A stretch of DNA of 56,120 nucleotides, filler included, from Sphacelaria rigidula (Eukaryota), in assembly GCA_964200075.2 (NCBI GenBank). It is 3 parts of 3 records of this genome, joined end to end, with 100 filler letters (N's around TTAATTAATTAA, not from the genome) between each part and the next. Parts side by side here need not be neighbours in the genome. Positions count along the whole stretch, not along the records: positions 1 to 18,642 come from CAXNAA020000820.1; 2 more parts are not named here. The stretch is one strand, 5' to 3'. The translations under genes and the position numbers were made by a program. Shown piece by piece: positions 1 through 11,010 of this stretch (the stretch's first letter is position 1; each line of letters starts with the position of its first letter). Below the pieces are notes generated by a model, which was not told the origin of the DNA, searched no databases, and saw only the letters and a list, made by a program, of their open reading frames with translations.

Positions 1-631
1 GTTAGTCCAAGCAGGTCCAAGGGCTGTGTAATGCTGCAGACAAGACACAACAACGCAACACAACACCTACACACCCAGCCCCAAAAAAACATGCACAGAC
101 ACCCACCACTCATGCGCATTAGTTTGACTGCTAGCCCTCGCCAATCTTCACACGACAGTCTTTGTTTCACAGAAATTCGTTCTGTATCGGACGAATGGCG
201 GCCTCATGCGTGTAAAAATAACACCTAAACGTTGCTGATCCTTTTGTGGGCGAGTGGTGCTGCGCGCGTATCGCACAAATCATCATTTCTCAACGAATTA
301 CGATCAGATTTGGGCAAGGTCCCGCACAACGTGCACAGCTGATGAGCGGCTAGAGCTCGAGCTGTGTGGTTTTGGCTTGCGGGGCCACCAAGTTCCTCAG
401 GTTTAGCTCTGATTGCATTGGGCTGTGTGGTGAGGCTCTGCATGTGCCCTTGTCAAACGGACACGAATGTTTCCGTTCGAGGTGCCCGAAAATCCCCTTT
501 TAAAAAGGGGATTTCTATGCACATTGAGGGGATTTTGTTTGGGGGGTACTATCGCAGCGACCAATCAGCGTTCGTTTTTCGAAGAGGAAATTTTGAAAAA
601 GGTGATTATCCCCTTCGTTAAGACAGGCCCT

Positions 632-1760
632 GAAGGCACACAACCAGCACCAGTGTACACCGCTCGACTGACTGGGCCAGGCCCCATGCTCCAATGGAAG
701 GAGCGACGCACAGCACTGTGCGGATATACTGCACCGCCAGCGTACTACTTGCACACGTCAGCATGACGGCTGCTGCCGTTGGCATCGGCGCCAGCGCTCG
801 TGGCCACGGCAAGACACGGCACAGGACCCAAACATGCGGATAGTTTCGTGGTATAACAAATATTCTGCGCGAACGGCGATTATCTCCGAGCGTCCAACAT
901 CAGCACCCTGCAAACACTGACGGCCCGTTCGAAATCAGCCGAAAAACTAAAGCATGGGACATGTCTTGTCTCGCTGTACTGCAGCACAAACACACTCACT
1001 TCCGCTCTCATGTGCTGTAGCTATCACTGTTCTGGGGTGTGTTTAGACCTTGCGAAGACGGTTTGGTCTCCGCTGAGATTGCTTGATGTGCTGTATTGTT
1101 GTGTTTGTCTCTGTCACCAAGCTGTAACATATAGCATCAGTCAGGACGCAGTGCTGTCTACACACTTGACTGTTGAAAATATCAAATTTCATGTCACCCG
1201 GACCGATGACTTGCGCGATACCGAACACTGCTGGGTAAAGGCACACAACCAGCACCAGTGCACACCGCTCGACCGACTGGGCCAGACCCCATGCTCCAAT
1301 GGAAGGAGCGACGCACAGCACTGTGCGGATATACTGCACCGCCAGCGTACTACTTGCACCCGTCAGCATGACGGCTGCTGCCGTTGACATCGGCGCCAGC
1401 GCTCGTGGCCACGGCAAGACACGGCACAGGACCCAAACATGCGGATAGTTTCGTAGTAGAACAAATATTCTGCGCGAACGGCGATTATCTCCGAGCGTCC
1501 AACATCAGCACCCTGCAAACACTGACGGCCCGTTCGAAATCAGCCGAAGAACTAAAGCATGGGACATGTCTTGTCTCGCTGTACTGCAGCACAAACACAC
1601 TCACTTCCGCTCTCATGTGCTGTAGCTATCACTGTTCAGGGGTGTGCTTAGACCTTGCGAAGACGGTTTGGTCTCCGCTGAGATTGCTTGATGTGCTGTG
1701 TTGTTGTGTTCGTCTCTCTGTCACCAAGCTGAAACATAAAGCATCAGTCAGGACGCTGTG
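632..1760. repeat. Recent direct duplication of about 520 bp (about 632-1153 and 1238-1760)
   Basis: Both copies start aaggcacacaaccagcaccagtg and end gcatcagtcaggacgc(a/t)gtg with near-identical interiors; period about 606 bp. Confidence 0.9.
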
Positions 1761-2108
1761 ACTTTGCAACAATAGAATCTGGTGCATAGTGTATACAGTC
1801 CATTCCCAGGTTTCTGTAACGTTAAAACACTGCAGAGCTGCCGTGTTGTATCGTGTTTAGGGTAGTACGCTGTACTCCATATACCACTGCGGATTTGTCT
1901 TGTTTTTAGTGTCTTACCCTGTACTCTATATTACGGGGTAATTTTTGGAGCAGTTCCCGAAAAGTTCTGCTTGTTTTTTGTAAAATCCTCCGTGTTTCTT
2001 CGAAAAGTATTCCGATTCCGAAAAAAGAAAGTGTGTTGTGTCACCAAAATCTTTTGCCGAATCTGGAATAGCCTGAGACCACAACCAACTTGAAAATTGG
2101 AGTGTCTA

Positions 2109-2165
2109 TCATGTGACTACGGCTGGATCCCTGGGGAGTCAGCTAAAGTGTGACAATCAATCAAA
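2109..2165 (+). mobile_element. 3' end of a retroposon (LINE/SINE) with (ATCA)n tail
   Basis: atcatgtgactacggctggatc...gtcagctaaagtgtgacaatcaatcaa matches the reverse complement of 41254-41330; related ends at about 50008-50070 and 53443-53535. Confidence 0.6.
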
Positions 2166-2463
2166 TACAACAACGGTGTCACCATTCATCGGGTGACCGG
2201 CTTTTACGATACATCAACTTTCGGCCAGCCCTTCGCAGACTGCGACAAAGGCACACCGCCAACGTAACAATGACAACTTGACCCGACGAGAATTTGGTGG
2301 AAAGCGGCGCTGGGATAACATCACGAACAGCTTCGTATCCATGGAAGAGAAAAACCCATGTCGTCCAACTGTCGTCGAGGACTACTCGCAACAGACGCGA
2401 GCACACACCAACACACTTCTCGGGTAATCTGAGCAACGACAGCGGTTCAAGAAACAGTGTCAT

Positions 2464-5400
2464 CTACCATGTATCGGACGTTCGAGAAGAACTGGACACT
2501 CCTAGCTCCACCTTCACGTTCGAATCCTCCTTCGCCTCTTCAAAACCTACATTATCAAATGCGCTCATGTGTCTAGGTACCACCGACAGCGAACTACCGA
2601 GCTGCCCCGTACTACTCTCACCACCACTGCTAATGGAGCCACTACTACCACTCCAAGTGGCGGCCTGCTCGCGACACCGTCTCCCCCCATCGACAGCGTC
2701 TGTAGCAGAAGGGACTGCAAGCTCTATCTTCATTCCTGCTCCTGCCCCCAAAGTCACCCTACCATCAGCCCTTGAACGAGGGTGTCCCGAGAGCAACCGT
2801 GTTCGTACACCATGCCCAAGACCGGCACACACACTACGGCGAGCACCAACAGCGTCGTTTGCGACGGGACCCGAGAATATCGCGCGCTTGCGTTTCACTC
2901 CTCGTACATCGGCAGCGCGTCCTTCATCACCCTCCGATGGGCTACGGCCGGGATTGCTCTTCTCAGCGTTGAGCTTCGCGGTGTCGGAGACCATAGCTAT
3001 GTTGTATTCACTAGCATGTTGTCGGCAAAATGTTGCTTCAGCAACGTCATGATCGCGCCTTTCGTTCACTACTGTCATCATTGCTGAGCTGGCACGCTCT
3101 GGGTAGAAGTCTGCCTTCATGCTTCCCGCTACACTGTACGATGGCTTCTCAAAGCAGCCCTTTGCGCCGAACTTCTTGTCCATCACACTCACCATTCCCG
3201 CCCTCGCATGCGTCGAGCAGAACTCCGCTCTTTCATCTCCCAGTACACCATACGACGAGTGCATGAAGCAGCCCTCCACGCCGCACAGCTCGCTCACCAC
3301 ATCCACCATTCCCGTTATGGCGTGCTTGGAGAAGAACTCCGCATTCTCGCTTCCCGATACACTATACCATGGGTGGATGGAGCAGCTCTCGTCGCCGCAC
3401 TTCTTGCTCACCACATCCAATTTTCCCACCCTGCCATGCTCGGAACAGAACTCCGCCTCCTTGCTTCCGTTCACACCATACGACGGCTGCTTCGAGCAGC
3501 CGTCGTGGCCGCACTTCTTGTGTACCACTTTCATCATTCCCGCCCTGGCGTGCTTGTAGCAGAACTCCGCCTTCTTGCTTCCCGCTACACCATACGACGG
3601 CTGCTTCGAGCAGCCCGCGTCGCTGCACTTCTTATTTACCACATCTACCATTCCCGCCCTGGCGTGCTTGGAGCAGAACTCCGCGTTCTTGTTCCCCGCT
3701 GTACCATACACTGATCTCATATAGCAGCCGTCGTGGCCGCACTTCTTGTGTACCACATTAACCATTCCTGCCCTGGCGTGCTTGGAGCAGAACTTTGCCT
3801 TCTTGCTTCCCGCTGTACCATATAATGATCTCATAAAGCAGCCGTCGTGGCCGCACTTCTTGTGTATCACATTAACCATTCCCGCCCTGGCGTGCTTGGA
3901 GCAGAACTCCGCCTTCTTGCTTCCCGCTACACCATACGACGGCTGCTTCGAGCAGCCCTCGTCACCACATTTCTTGTGCACCACACTAACCATTCCCGCC
4001 CTGGCGTGCTTGGAGCAAAACTCTGCCTTCTTGCTTCCCGCTACACCATATAATGACCTCCTAAAGCAGCCCTTGTCGCCGCATTTCTTGTATGACACAT
4101 TCACCATTCCTGCCCTGGCGTGCTTGGAGCAGAACTCCGCCTTCTTGCTTCCCGCTACACCATACGATGGCTGCATGGAGCAGCTCTCGTCGCCGCATTT
4201 CTTGTTCAGCACATTCACCATTCCCGCCCCGGCGTGCTTGGAGCAGAACTCTGCCTTCTTGCTTCCCGCTACACCATACACTGGATGCACGGAGCAGCTT
4301 TCGTGTCCGCACTTCCTCCTCTTCTTCAAAGTAACCATTCCTGGCCTGGCGTGCTCAGAGCAGAACTCCGCCTTCTTGCTCCCCGCTACACCATACGATG
4401 GCCTCTTAACGCAGTCCTCGTCGCCGCACTTCATGTTTACTACATTCACCATTCCCGCCCTGGCATGATCGGCGCAAAACTCCGCCGTCCTACTTCCCGC
4501 TACACCATACGACGGATGCACGGAGCAGCTCTCGTAGCTGCACTTCTTCCTCTTCTTTGAAAAAACCATCCCTGGCCTGGGGTGCTTGGAGCAGAACTCT
4601 GTCTTCTTGCTTCCCGCTACACCATACGACGGATACACGGAGCAGCCCTCGTCGCCGCATTTCTTCTTCACCACATTCACCATTCCCGCCCTGGCGTGCT
4701 GAGAGCAGAACTCTGCCTTCTTGCTTCCCGCTACACCATACGACGGATGCACGCAGCAGCGCTCCTCACCGCACTTCTTGTTCACCACATTCACCATTCC
4801 CGCCCTGGCGTGCTCAGAGCAGAACTCTGTCTTCTTGCTTCCCGCTACACCATACGACGGATACACGGAGCAGCCCTCGTCGCCGCATTTCTTGTTTACC
4901 ACATTCACCATTCCTGCCCTGGCGTGCTTGGAGCAGAACTCCGCCTTTTTGCTTCCCGCTACACCATACGACGGACGCACGGAGCAGCGCTCGTCACCGC
5001 ATTTCTTATTCACCACATTCACCATTCCCGCCTTGGCATGCTTGGAGCAGAAATCCGCCTTCTTGCTTCCCGCTACACCGTACGACGGATGCACGGAGCA
5101 GCCCTCGTCGCCGCATTTCTTGTGTACCACATTAACCATTCCCGCCTTGGCATGCTTGGAGCAGAACTCTGCCTTCTTGCTTCCCGCTACACCATACGAC
5201 GGATGCACGGAGCAGCCCTCGTCACCGCATTTCTTGTGTACCACATTAACCATTCCCGCCCTGGTGTGCTTGGAGCAGAACTCCGCCTTCTTGCTTCCCG
5301 CTACACCATACGACGGATGCACGGAGCAGCCCTCGTCACCGCATTTCTTGTGTACCACATTAACCGTTCCCGCCCTGGCGTGCTTGCAGCAGACCTCTGC

Positions 5401-5685
5401 CTCCTTGCTTCCCGCTACACCATACGACGAGTGCATAGAGCAGCCCTGCTCGCTGCACATCTTGCCCAACGTATTTACTAGTCCTACCCTGGCATGCTTG
5501 GAGCAGCACTCCCCCTTCTCGCTTCCCGCTACACCATACGACGGATGCATGGAGCAGCCGTCGTCGCCGCATATCCGTTCCACCACATCCACCATCCCCG
5601 GCGTGGCGTGCCTGGAGCAGAACTCCGCCTCGTCCTGTAAACCTTTTGAAGGTGGCTTGAAGAGGCCCTTGTTGATGAAGCTCAT
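2464..5685 (-). CDS. EsV-1-7 domain (Cys/His zinc-finger-like) tandem repeat protein, 1073 aa ORF
   Basis: About 21 complete repeats plus 1 degenerate one of C-x4-C-x3-PSYGVAGSKKAEFC-x2-H-x3-GMVNV (38 aa, 114 bp period), the EsV-1-7 repeat signature, followed by a low-complexity C-terminus with a KRKR NLS-like motif. The start is uncertain: a ttacag|GAC acceptor at 5634 may join upstream exons. Confidence 0.9.
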   Translation of the reverse strand: MSFINKGLFKPPSKGLQDEAEFCSRHATPGMVDVVERICGDDGCSMHPSYGVAGSEKGECCSKHARVGLVNTLGKMCSEQGCSMHSSYGVAGSKEAEVCCKHARAGTVNVVHKKCGDEGCSVHPSYGVAGSKKAEFCSKHTRAGMVNVVHKKCGDEGCSVHPSYGVAGSKKAEFCSKHAKAGMVNVVHKKCGDEGCSVHPSYGVAGSKKADFCSKHAKAGMVNVVNKKCGDERCSVRPSYGVAGSKKAEFCSKHARAGMVNVVNKKCGDEGCSVYPSYGVAGSKKTEFCSEHARAGMVNVVNKKCGEERCCVHPSYGVAGSKKAEFCSQHARAGMVNVVKKKCGDEGCSVYPSYGVAGSKKTEFCSKHPRPGMVFSKKRKKCSYESCSVHPSYGVAGSRTAEFCADHARAGMVNVVNMKCGDEDCVKRPSYGVAGSKKAEFCSEHARPGMVTLKKRRKCGHESCSVHPVYGVAGSKKAEFCSKHAGAGMVNVLNKKCGDESCSMQPSYGVAGSKKAEFCSKHARAGMVNVSYKKCGDKGCFRRSLYGVAGSKKAEFCSKHARAGMVSVVHKKCGDEGCSKQPSYGVAGSKKAEFCSKHARAGMVNVIHKKCGHDGCFMRSLYGTAGSKKAKFCSKHARAGMVNVVHKKCGHDGCYMRSVYGTAGNKNAEFCSKHARAGMVDVVNKKCSDAGCSKQPSYGVAGSKKAEFCYKHARAGMMKVVHKKCGHDGCSKQPSYGVNGSKEAEFCSEHGRVGKLDVVSKKCGDESCSIHPWYSVSGSENAEFFSKHAITGMVDVVSELCGVEGCFMHSSYGVLGDERAEFCSTHARAGMVSVMDKKFGAKGCFEKPSYSVAGSMKADFYPERASSAMMTVVNERRDHDVAEATFCRQHASEYNIAMVSDTAKLNAEKSNPGRSPSEGDEGRAADVRGVKRKRAIFSGPVANDAVGARRSVCAGLGHGVRTRLLSGHPRSRADGRVTLGAGAGMKIELAVPSATDAVDGGRRCREQAATWSGSSGSISSGGESSTGQLGSSLSVVPRHMSAFDNVGFEEAKEDSNVKVELGVSSSSRTSDTW
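3100..5625 (-). repeat. Coding minisatellite, 114 bp unit (EsV-1-7 repeats)
   Basis: Recurring cttcttgcttcccgctacaccatacgacgg and gcgtgcttggagcagaactc every about 114 bp. Confidence 0.95.
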
Positions 5686-6881
5686 CTCGCGATGTCGACT
5701 ACCAGCCCCTTCGCGTGACGCTCCCTTTGAAAAAACTGCTCACGGTAGGACAAATACCAAGACGGCGGAAAATACCTTGTGGGTAACGGGTCAAAGCGGG
5801 TTGAAACGCTATGCATAAATGGTATTGCTGTCGTGGCACGTGCTCTGGAGGAAGAGCAGCTGGCTGCGTTCAACTCATACGACGCTTCATGTCAGCTGAC
5901 CCAAACACACCTGAAGCGCCCCTCGCGAGATGATTCCAGCAAATAGGACGCCCTCTGCAATATTGCACAAGGGATCGGAAATGAATGAAGCACGACTGTA
6001 GTACGCTATCAGGATGGTCGTGTCGCAGGAAACACGTGAAGCGCAGTGCCAATGTTAGCGCATGCCCAGCCGTGTCAGAGAGGCTCAACATGTTGATATA
6101 TGCCGAAAAACCGAACTCAGATTTTGCACGTCAGCCACGACGAGCCAGCCAGAAAATGCAGAGCGAACTCAAGAGCCAGACAACATCATTGATATAGTGA
6201 GCGGTCGCAATGCAGCATCGCATACACAAAATCAGTGTTACGCCGAAAGAAAAAAAAAATCACGGGTAGGTAAAAGCCTGCATACAAGAGTCATTGTATA
6301 AGACTCCAGGTGGAACCAGCCGCAAGGTAGGGGTATTTCACACGACCGGGGAGCTCCACACCAAAAAGTGCCGGTCCGACACGCGACACCACTGCGAAGA
6401 TTTGAAGAAGGCATGAGCGTCGGTGCTGATTCATGTCTGAAAAGGTGACGTTCAAGTGACAAATTACCGCGTTGGGTGGTAACAGTACTGTTGCTGAGCA
6501 CCCATATGCAGCGGAGACACTGGTGGTCGATCCGTGGCGTCCACTGAGGTCCATCAGGGTCTGCAGCACGGGGACGGTGTTGTCGATCATGTATAGATTC
6601 CATGGTACAAAGAACTGCGCCATATTGTTTGGCGCGCAAGATGCACGACACGATGATATGCAGGCATCCCTGGTGGTGAAGTTGGACCACGTGAAGTTTG
6701 ACAATGGTACCAGTTTCTTCATAAATTCCAATATAAACACTGCCATGCACAGTTGCACGCTTCGGTACTCACTGTACTGTGTTTTGTGTAAATATATTTA
6801 TTGTACTGTATTTGAAGTACAGTGACTGTTGTGCTGCACTTAGCGTCGTACCGTAAAATACTGTCTTCGAGTGTCGGTATA

Positions 6882-8088
6882 CAGGCTGGGCCAGCCGAAA
6901 AACGGATTTAAGCTCAAAAAGCGATATCTCAACGACACAGACGATTGGGCCGTGATCCGCGTATCGTATTAACCGTCTGATCAAGGGGAAGGTGCCCATC
7001 TGCTCAAAAATCTGAGCCAAATTTTCCTCGTCGAGTAAACCCCATGTATAGTAAATCCTTTACCTCGCGGAGATAGCGTCGACATCAAAATCTATATGAA
7101 ACCCCGAACGATCGATCAAACGGATGATGACAATTTTTGGTGTGGACATTGCCTGGAGCACGGGGAGACGATAGATACCCCCACTTTCACCTAATTCGTC
7201 ATCTATCTCGAGAAATGGCGCACACAAGGTTCAATACTAAAATCAGTATATTACGTGCAGAGGCACTACTAGATGACCTAAATCTGGATATCGCGTCTCA
7301 GTTTTTGAAAGTTGTGCTATGAAATTTGTTAAAGAGAACCGCTAGTGCATAACGAAAACAAAACACGGCTTTTCCGTTTTTTTATTCGTTTTTTCTCATC
7401 TTTTTTCGTGTTTTTAGGGGGGGGTTGATGGAAAATGAACATTGCTCTTGAGCCTTGACTCAATTTTTCAGCTCAACTTTTAGAATTGTGATTTGAAACT
7501 TGGCATGGAGAACGATAGAGGTATGCTGAGTAAAAAAAAAAAAGCGGGCCTTCATTTTTTTCTTCATGAGAGGTTCGGGCGTTCTCGTAAAGTAATCATC
7601 GTCACCATACTAAAATGCCCCCAGTCAGTGAAAAGATATAAATAAAACCCAACCTCACCCATTTTCTTGGTTCATCACGACCTAGCAAGGTCCCGCACAA
7701 AGTTCAAACCACAAACACCAAACGTGGGCCGATGAACAGCCTGCAAAATACTATTCCGAATTTCCGCCGCCTCGGTTTTCAAATGTAAATTCGCATTTTT
7801 TTGGAGTTGGAAAGTGAAATTTGGTATGGACAATCAACAGTGCATGAAAAAAAGCTGTCTGTGAGGTCCCAACGATTTTTTTTCTTTCTTGAATTAAGGG
7901 CAAAAATCAGTTTTGAGGTTTTAGTAAAATGCCCTGAACTCACGAAAAAAAAAATCGTTGGGACCTCACAGACAGCTTTTTTTCATGCCCTGTTGATTGT
8001 CCACACCAAATTTCATTTTCCAACTCCAAGAAAAAAATTGCGAATTCGCCTGCAAAGGACAAATCCGTTTGTAGGCTGGCCCAGCCTG
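6882..8088. mobile_element. Non-autonomous TIR DNA transposon, Tc1/mariner-like (TA target duplication)
   Basis: TA|CAGGCTGGGCCAGCCgaaAAACGGATTT ... AAATCCGTTTgtaGGCTGGCCCAGCCTG|TA; about 28 bp TIRs; no transposase ORF inside. Confidence 0.8.
7789..8046. repeat. Internal inverted repeat with about 100 bp arms inside the TIR element
   Basis: 7789-7884 (ttggagttggaaagtgaaatttgg...gtgaggtcccaacgattttt) is the reverse complement of 7945-8046. Confidence 0.85.
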
Positions 8089-8469
8089 TACACGAAAGGG
8101 TTACGTAGCGTGCTGTTGGCAACAGTGCTGTACACTGCACTGGACATGGACACATTCAGGGCACGTTGATTGACCCACAGGGAGGGTGACCACACACGCC
8201 GACACCGTCGGTATCGGGTTGCCAGACGCGATGCACCCCGATCCGCCCGTGTTATTTGCAGCTTCCGTGCCGTGCGGTCTGTAGAGGTGTACCATGAGAC
8301 CGTGTCTTAAGGCCTGTCTTGGCAACTTTTTTCGATCAAAAAAATGGGGCGGTGGAATCGATCTGAGCGAATTTTTCTCGTTTTGATGCAGTTGGGTCCG
8401 GATGGATTTTCAAGCCTTCGATAAAAAAGAGACAGTGAAATTTGTGAAACGGCACATGGTCACTCGTGA

Positions 8470-9880
8470 ACAGTACAGTCTGTACTGTCTGTAATGCTTG
8501 CAAGCAGGGTGTCTTGAGTGCGTGTGTGCGTGTGTCGTTCAGGAGGACATGAAGGAAAAGCAGGCAACGTGTAGTGCAGCAGAACGCACAGGATCATCAG
8601 TTCTCTCTGCTTACATTGCGACGTGAAGAGGACTTCAGCAACGTGCAGCTTTGTACTGCCTGCACTGTCCATGAGCGTGAACGCAACTCGGTTGCCCACC
8701 GTACCACGCAGTTCTGTGGTTGATACCTACCATGAGAAGATGTGCCAATTTTCGCCAACAAAAAATAACAAAGCATACCCAGCTACTGTAGTGCATCTAT
8801 CCCTGTGCTCAACTTGTGCTCTATGCTGCATCTGTAAGATAATAGTCAAGTGCCGCTTCGTGCCTTTCGACCGCATGTTTTCGATCGAAAACGATTATTT
8901 TTACCCCGTTACATTCTCCTCCGCGCGCCGCTCATTATAATTTGGAGTTGAAGCCTGTAAGAAACATAAATGCGGTGGATTTATGAGATCGGCACAAAAA
9001 AAATTGACCGCACTTTTTCGATCGAAAAAAAAAGTGCCAAGACACGCCCTCATCAAAACATTTTCGACTCGAACGAGTTCATGCGGCGGAACTGATTCAG
9101 TTCGTTGTGCCATGTTCGGGTCCGAGCGAATTAGCACGCTCCGAATCGAAAAGGCTAAGCGAAATTCGTGAAGCGGTACTTCTCTACTTATTCTCAATAG
9201 ACAGTACAGTACAGACAGTACAGACTGTACAACCGCGCCCGTACTGTCTAGATAGTGTATGTGTTTTGTACAGCATGCAGGCGCGATGTGAAAAAAAAGT
9301 GGGCAACGCGACATACAGACAGCATAGCTTTCTGACTCTGCATACAGGAGGATGCGAAGCAGATCTGAACCACGTGCAGTTTTGCACCGCCTCTCTTGTC
9401 CATGAGCGCGTCGGCAATTTGATCGCCCACCCCAACACGCAACTCCGTCGGTGGATCCTGCTCCGAAATTAGATGCCCAAGTTTTCGCCAACAAAAAAGA
9501 AACGCATCATGCCAAAAGAGGGGTGGTGTCGGTTTCTTATCACAGCAGGGTATGTATCCCTGTGTGCGGTTCGTGATCCATGCCGCAGGGTTGAGTAGGT
9601 AGCTGCGAATGAACCATTTGGGTTTTGCGTAGTTCTGTGAAACAGTGGTATCTGGCACGGCTGTCTCCAACATAGAGCTTACGTGCCTCTTCGTTCATTC
9701 CACCGCTCGTTTCGCCCGACAAAGCTGAGCTTTTTGCTGCTGTCCCTGCCCGTCGCGCGCAACTAATTATATAATGGACTTCAAGCAATCTGAGAGCATA
9801 AATGCCGTGGACGTCTCTGATGCGGCCTCGTAGCGACCACTTCGATTCGACCGCATGTTTTCGAGTCGAAAAAAATTGAG
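8470..9880. repeat. Diverged direct repeats (about 8470-8890 and 9190-9880), probably old TE copies
   Basis: Shared blocks in the same order: acgtgcag..ttgt..tgtccatgagcg, ttttcgccaacaaaaaa, ttcgaccgcatgttttcga. Confidence 0.55.
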
Positions 9881-10179
9881 AAGACACGGCCTGATTGCTG
9901 CTAGCTGTAATGTTAGACTGTCGAAGAACGTGTACAGCGGGCGATGCAACCATCGGTGCCTGGCGCTAGACCACATTGGTCGGGTAGCTGGTATGTGAAG
10001 CCTGTGTCTTTGTGTTGGCTGTGCTCGTGATGGGAACGCAGTCTGAAGGGGCGGGGCATTATGTCAGCGTGTCCCCTCATCCATCTTGCCAACAGCCGAT
10101 TGTAGATATGAGGTTGACCGCCAAAATGAGGTTCCAGCCCAAAAATACTGCTTTCTCAACTCTAACGATGATTTGTTGT

Positions 10180-11010
10180 GTTCGCATCAGGCTCCTTCAT
10201 TGCACCGGTACTTATTCGCAGCGGTTTACCGACTCTGTGAGCTTCCATCCTGCGCGCGCCGGGTCTTTTCCCGAGGCCCCCTGGAGAGGACTGAGGACCA
10301 GGTGGTGTCTGTAGACGAGGAGGAAGTGGTGAAGTTTCTAGGGGTCGCTTTCTTCTGTAACAATGAATCGGCGTTCTCAACGGCCGGCACCAGTGCGGGA
10401 ATATCCTCCACAAACTGGCGGGGGGCAAAGTGACACTCTTCGTGAAATGGGTGAGATTTTTCAAGTGGAAGTTGGGCGGCAGGAGGCCAACAGACCTCGT
10501 GCCGGCCACGGATGCGATTCGCTTCCAAGCGCAGCGAGCTGGAGCTTTGTTGGAATATTGGATGAGGGGTATGAAGGAGTCCATGAACGCCCATGACGAA
10601 GGCTAATGTTGTTGTCAACTCATCGGAACACGCGCGCATCGACCCCACGTGGAGGATCAATCGTCTTCTGTGCGGGTGTAACCCATTGGCGGCCGAGAAA
10701 CACAGGTGCCAACGCAACTGCAAATGCGCGAAGCTTGGGAAGGATTGCTATCCCATACTGTGTGGGTGCACGGGGCGGTGAGATCCGGATGTCGACGCGC
10801 AAAACGTACCGGTTAGCGAAGGGTTGGAATTGGTGATGGCCGATGAAGTGGATCCTGGGGGTGACAGCGGCGACGAAGCAGAGGCGACCTCGTGTGAAGA
10901 CTGTGAATGCCCTAGCAGCACGTCATCGGAGGAGTCATATGCTTCGGACGGAGACACGGGCGACGACGTGCTGGAATTGCACCTGGACCGGATGAACGAT
11001 GTGTGAGAGA
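10180..11010 (+). mobile_element. Degenerate transposon ORF relic, Academ(X)-like C-terminus
   Basis: Frameshifted translation gives LVPATDAIRFQAQRAGALLEYW (cf. the LPPTxxAxxxHxxRAxxQxxxW motif), then LLCGCNPLAAEKHRCQRNCKCAKLGKDCYPILCGCTG (Cys-rich finger) and an acidic tail. This order resembles the XPG-nuclease plus Cys8 end of Academ proteins; the family call is from memory of motifs. Confidence 0.5.

Noticed and set aside
3100..5625. Regular repeat array as a possible CRISPR-like locus
   Set aside because: The whole 114 bp unit is homologous between copies and in frame within one ORF; there are no unique spacers and no cas genes.
2294..5818. Many long plus-strand ORFs (up to 365 aa) over the repeat gene
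   Set aside because: Antisense shadows of the GC-rich repetitive CDS.
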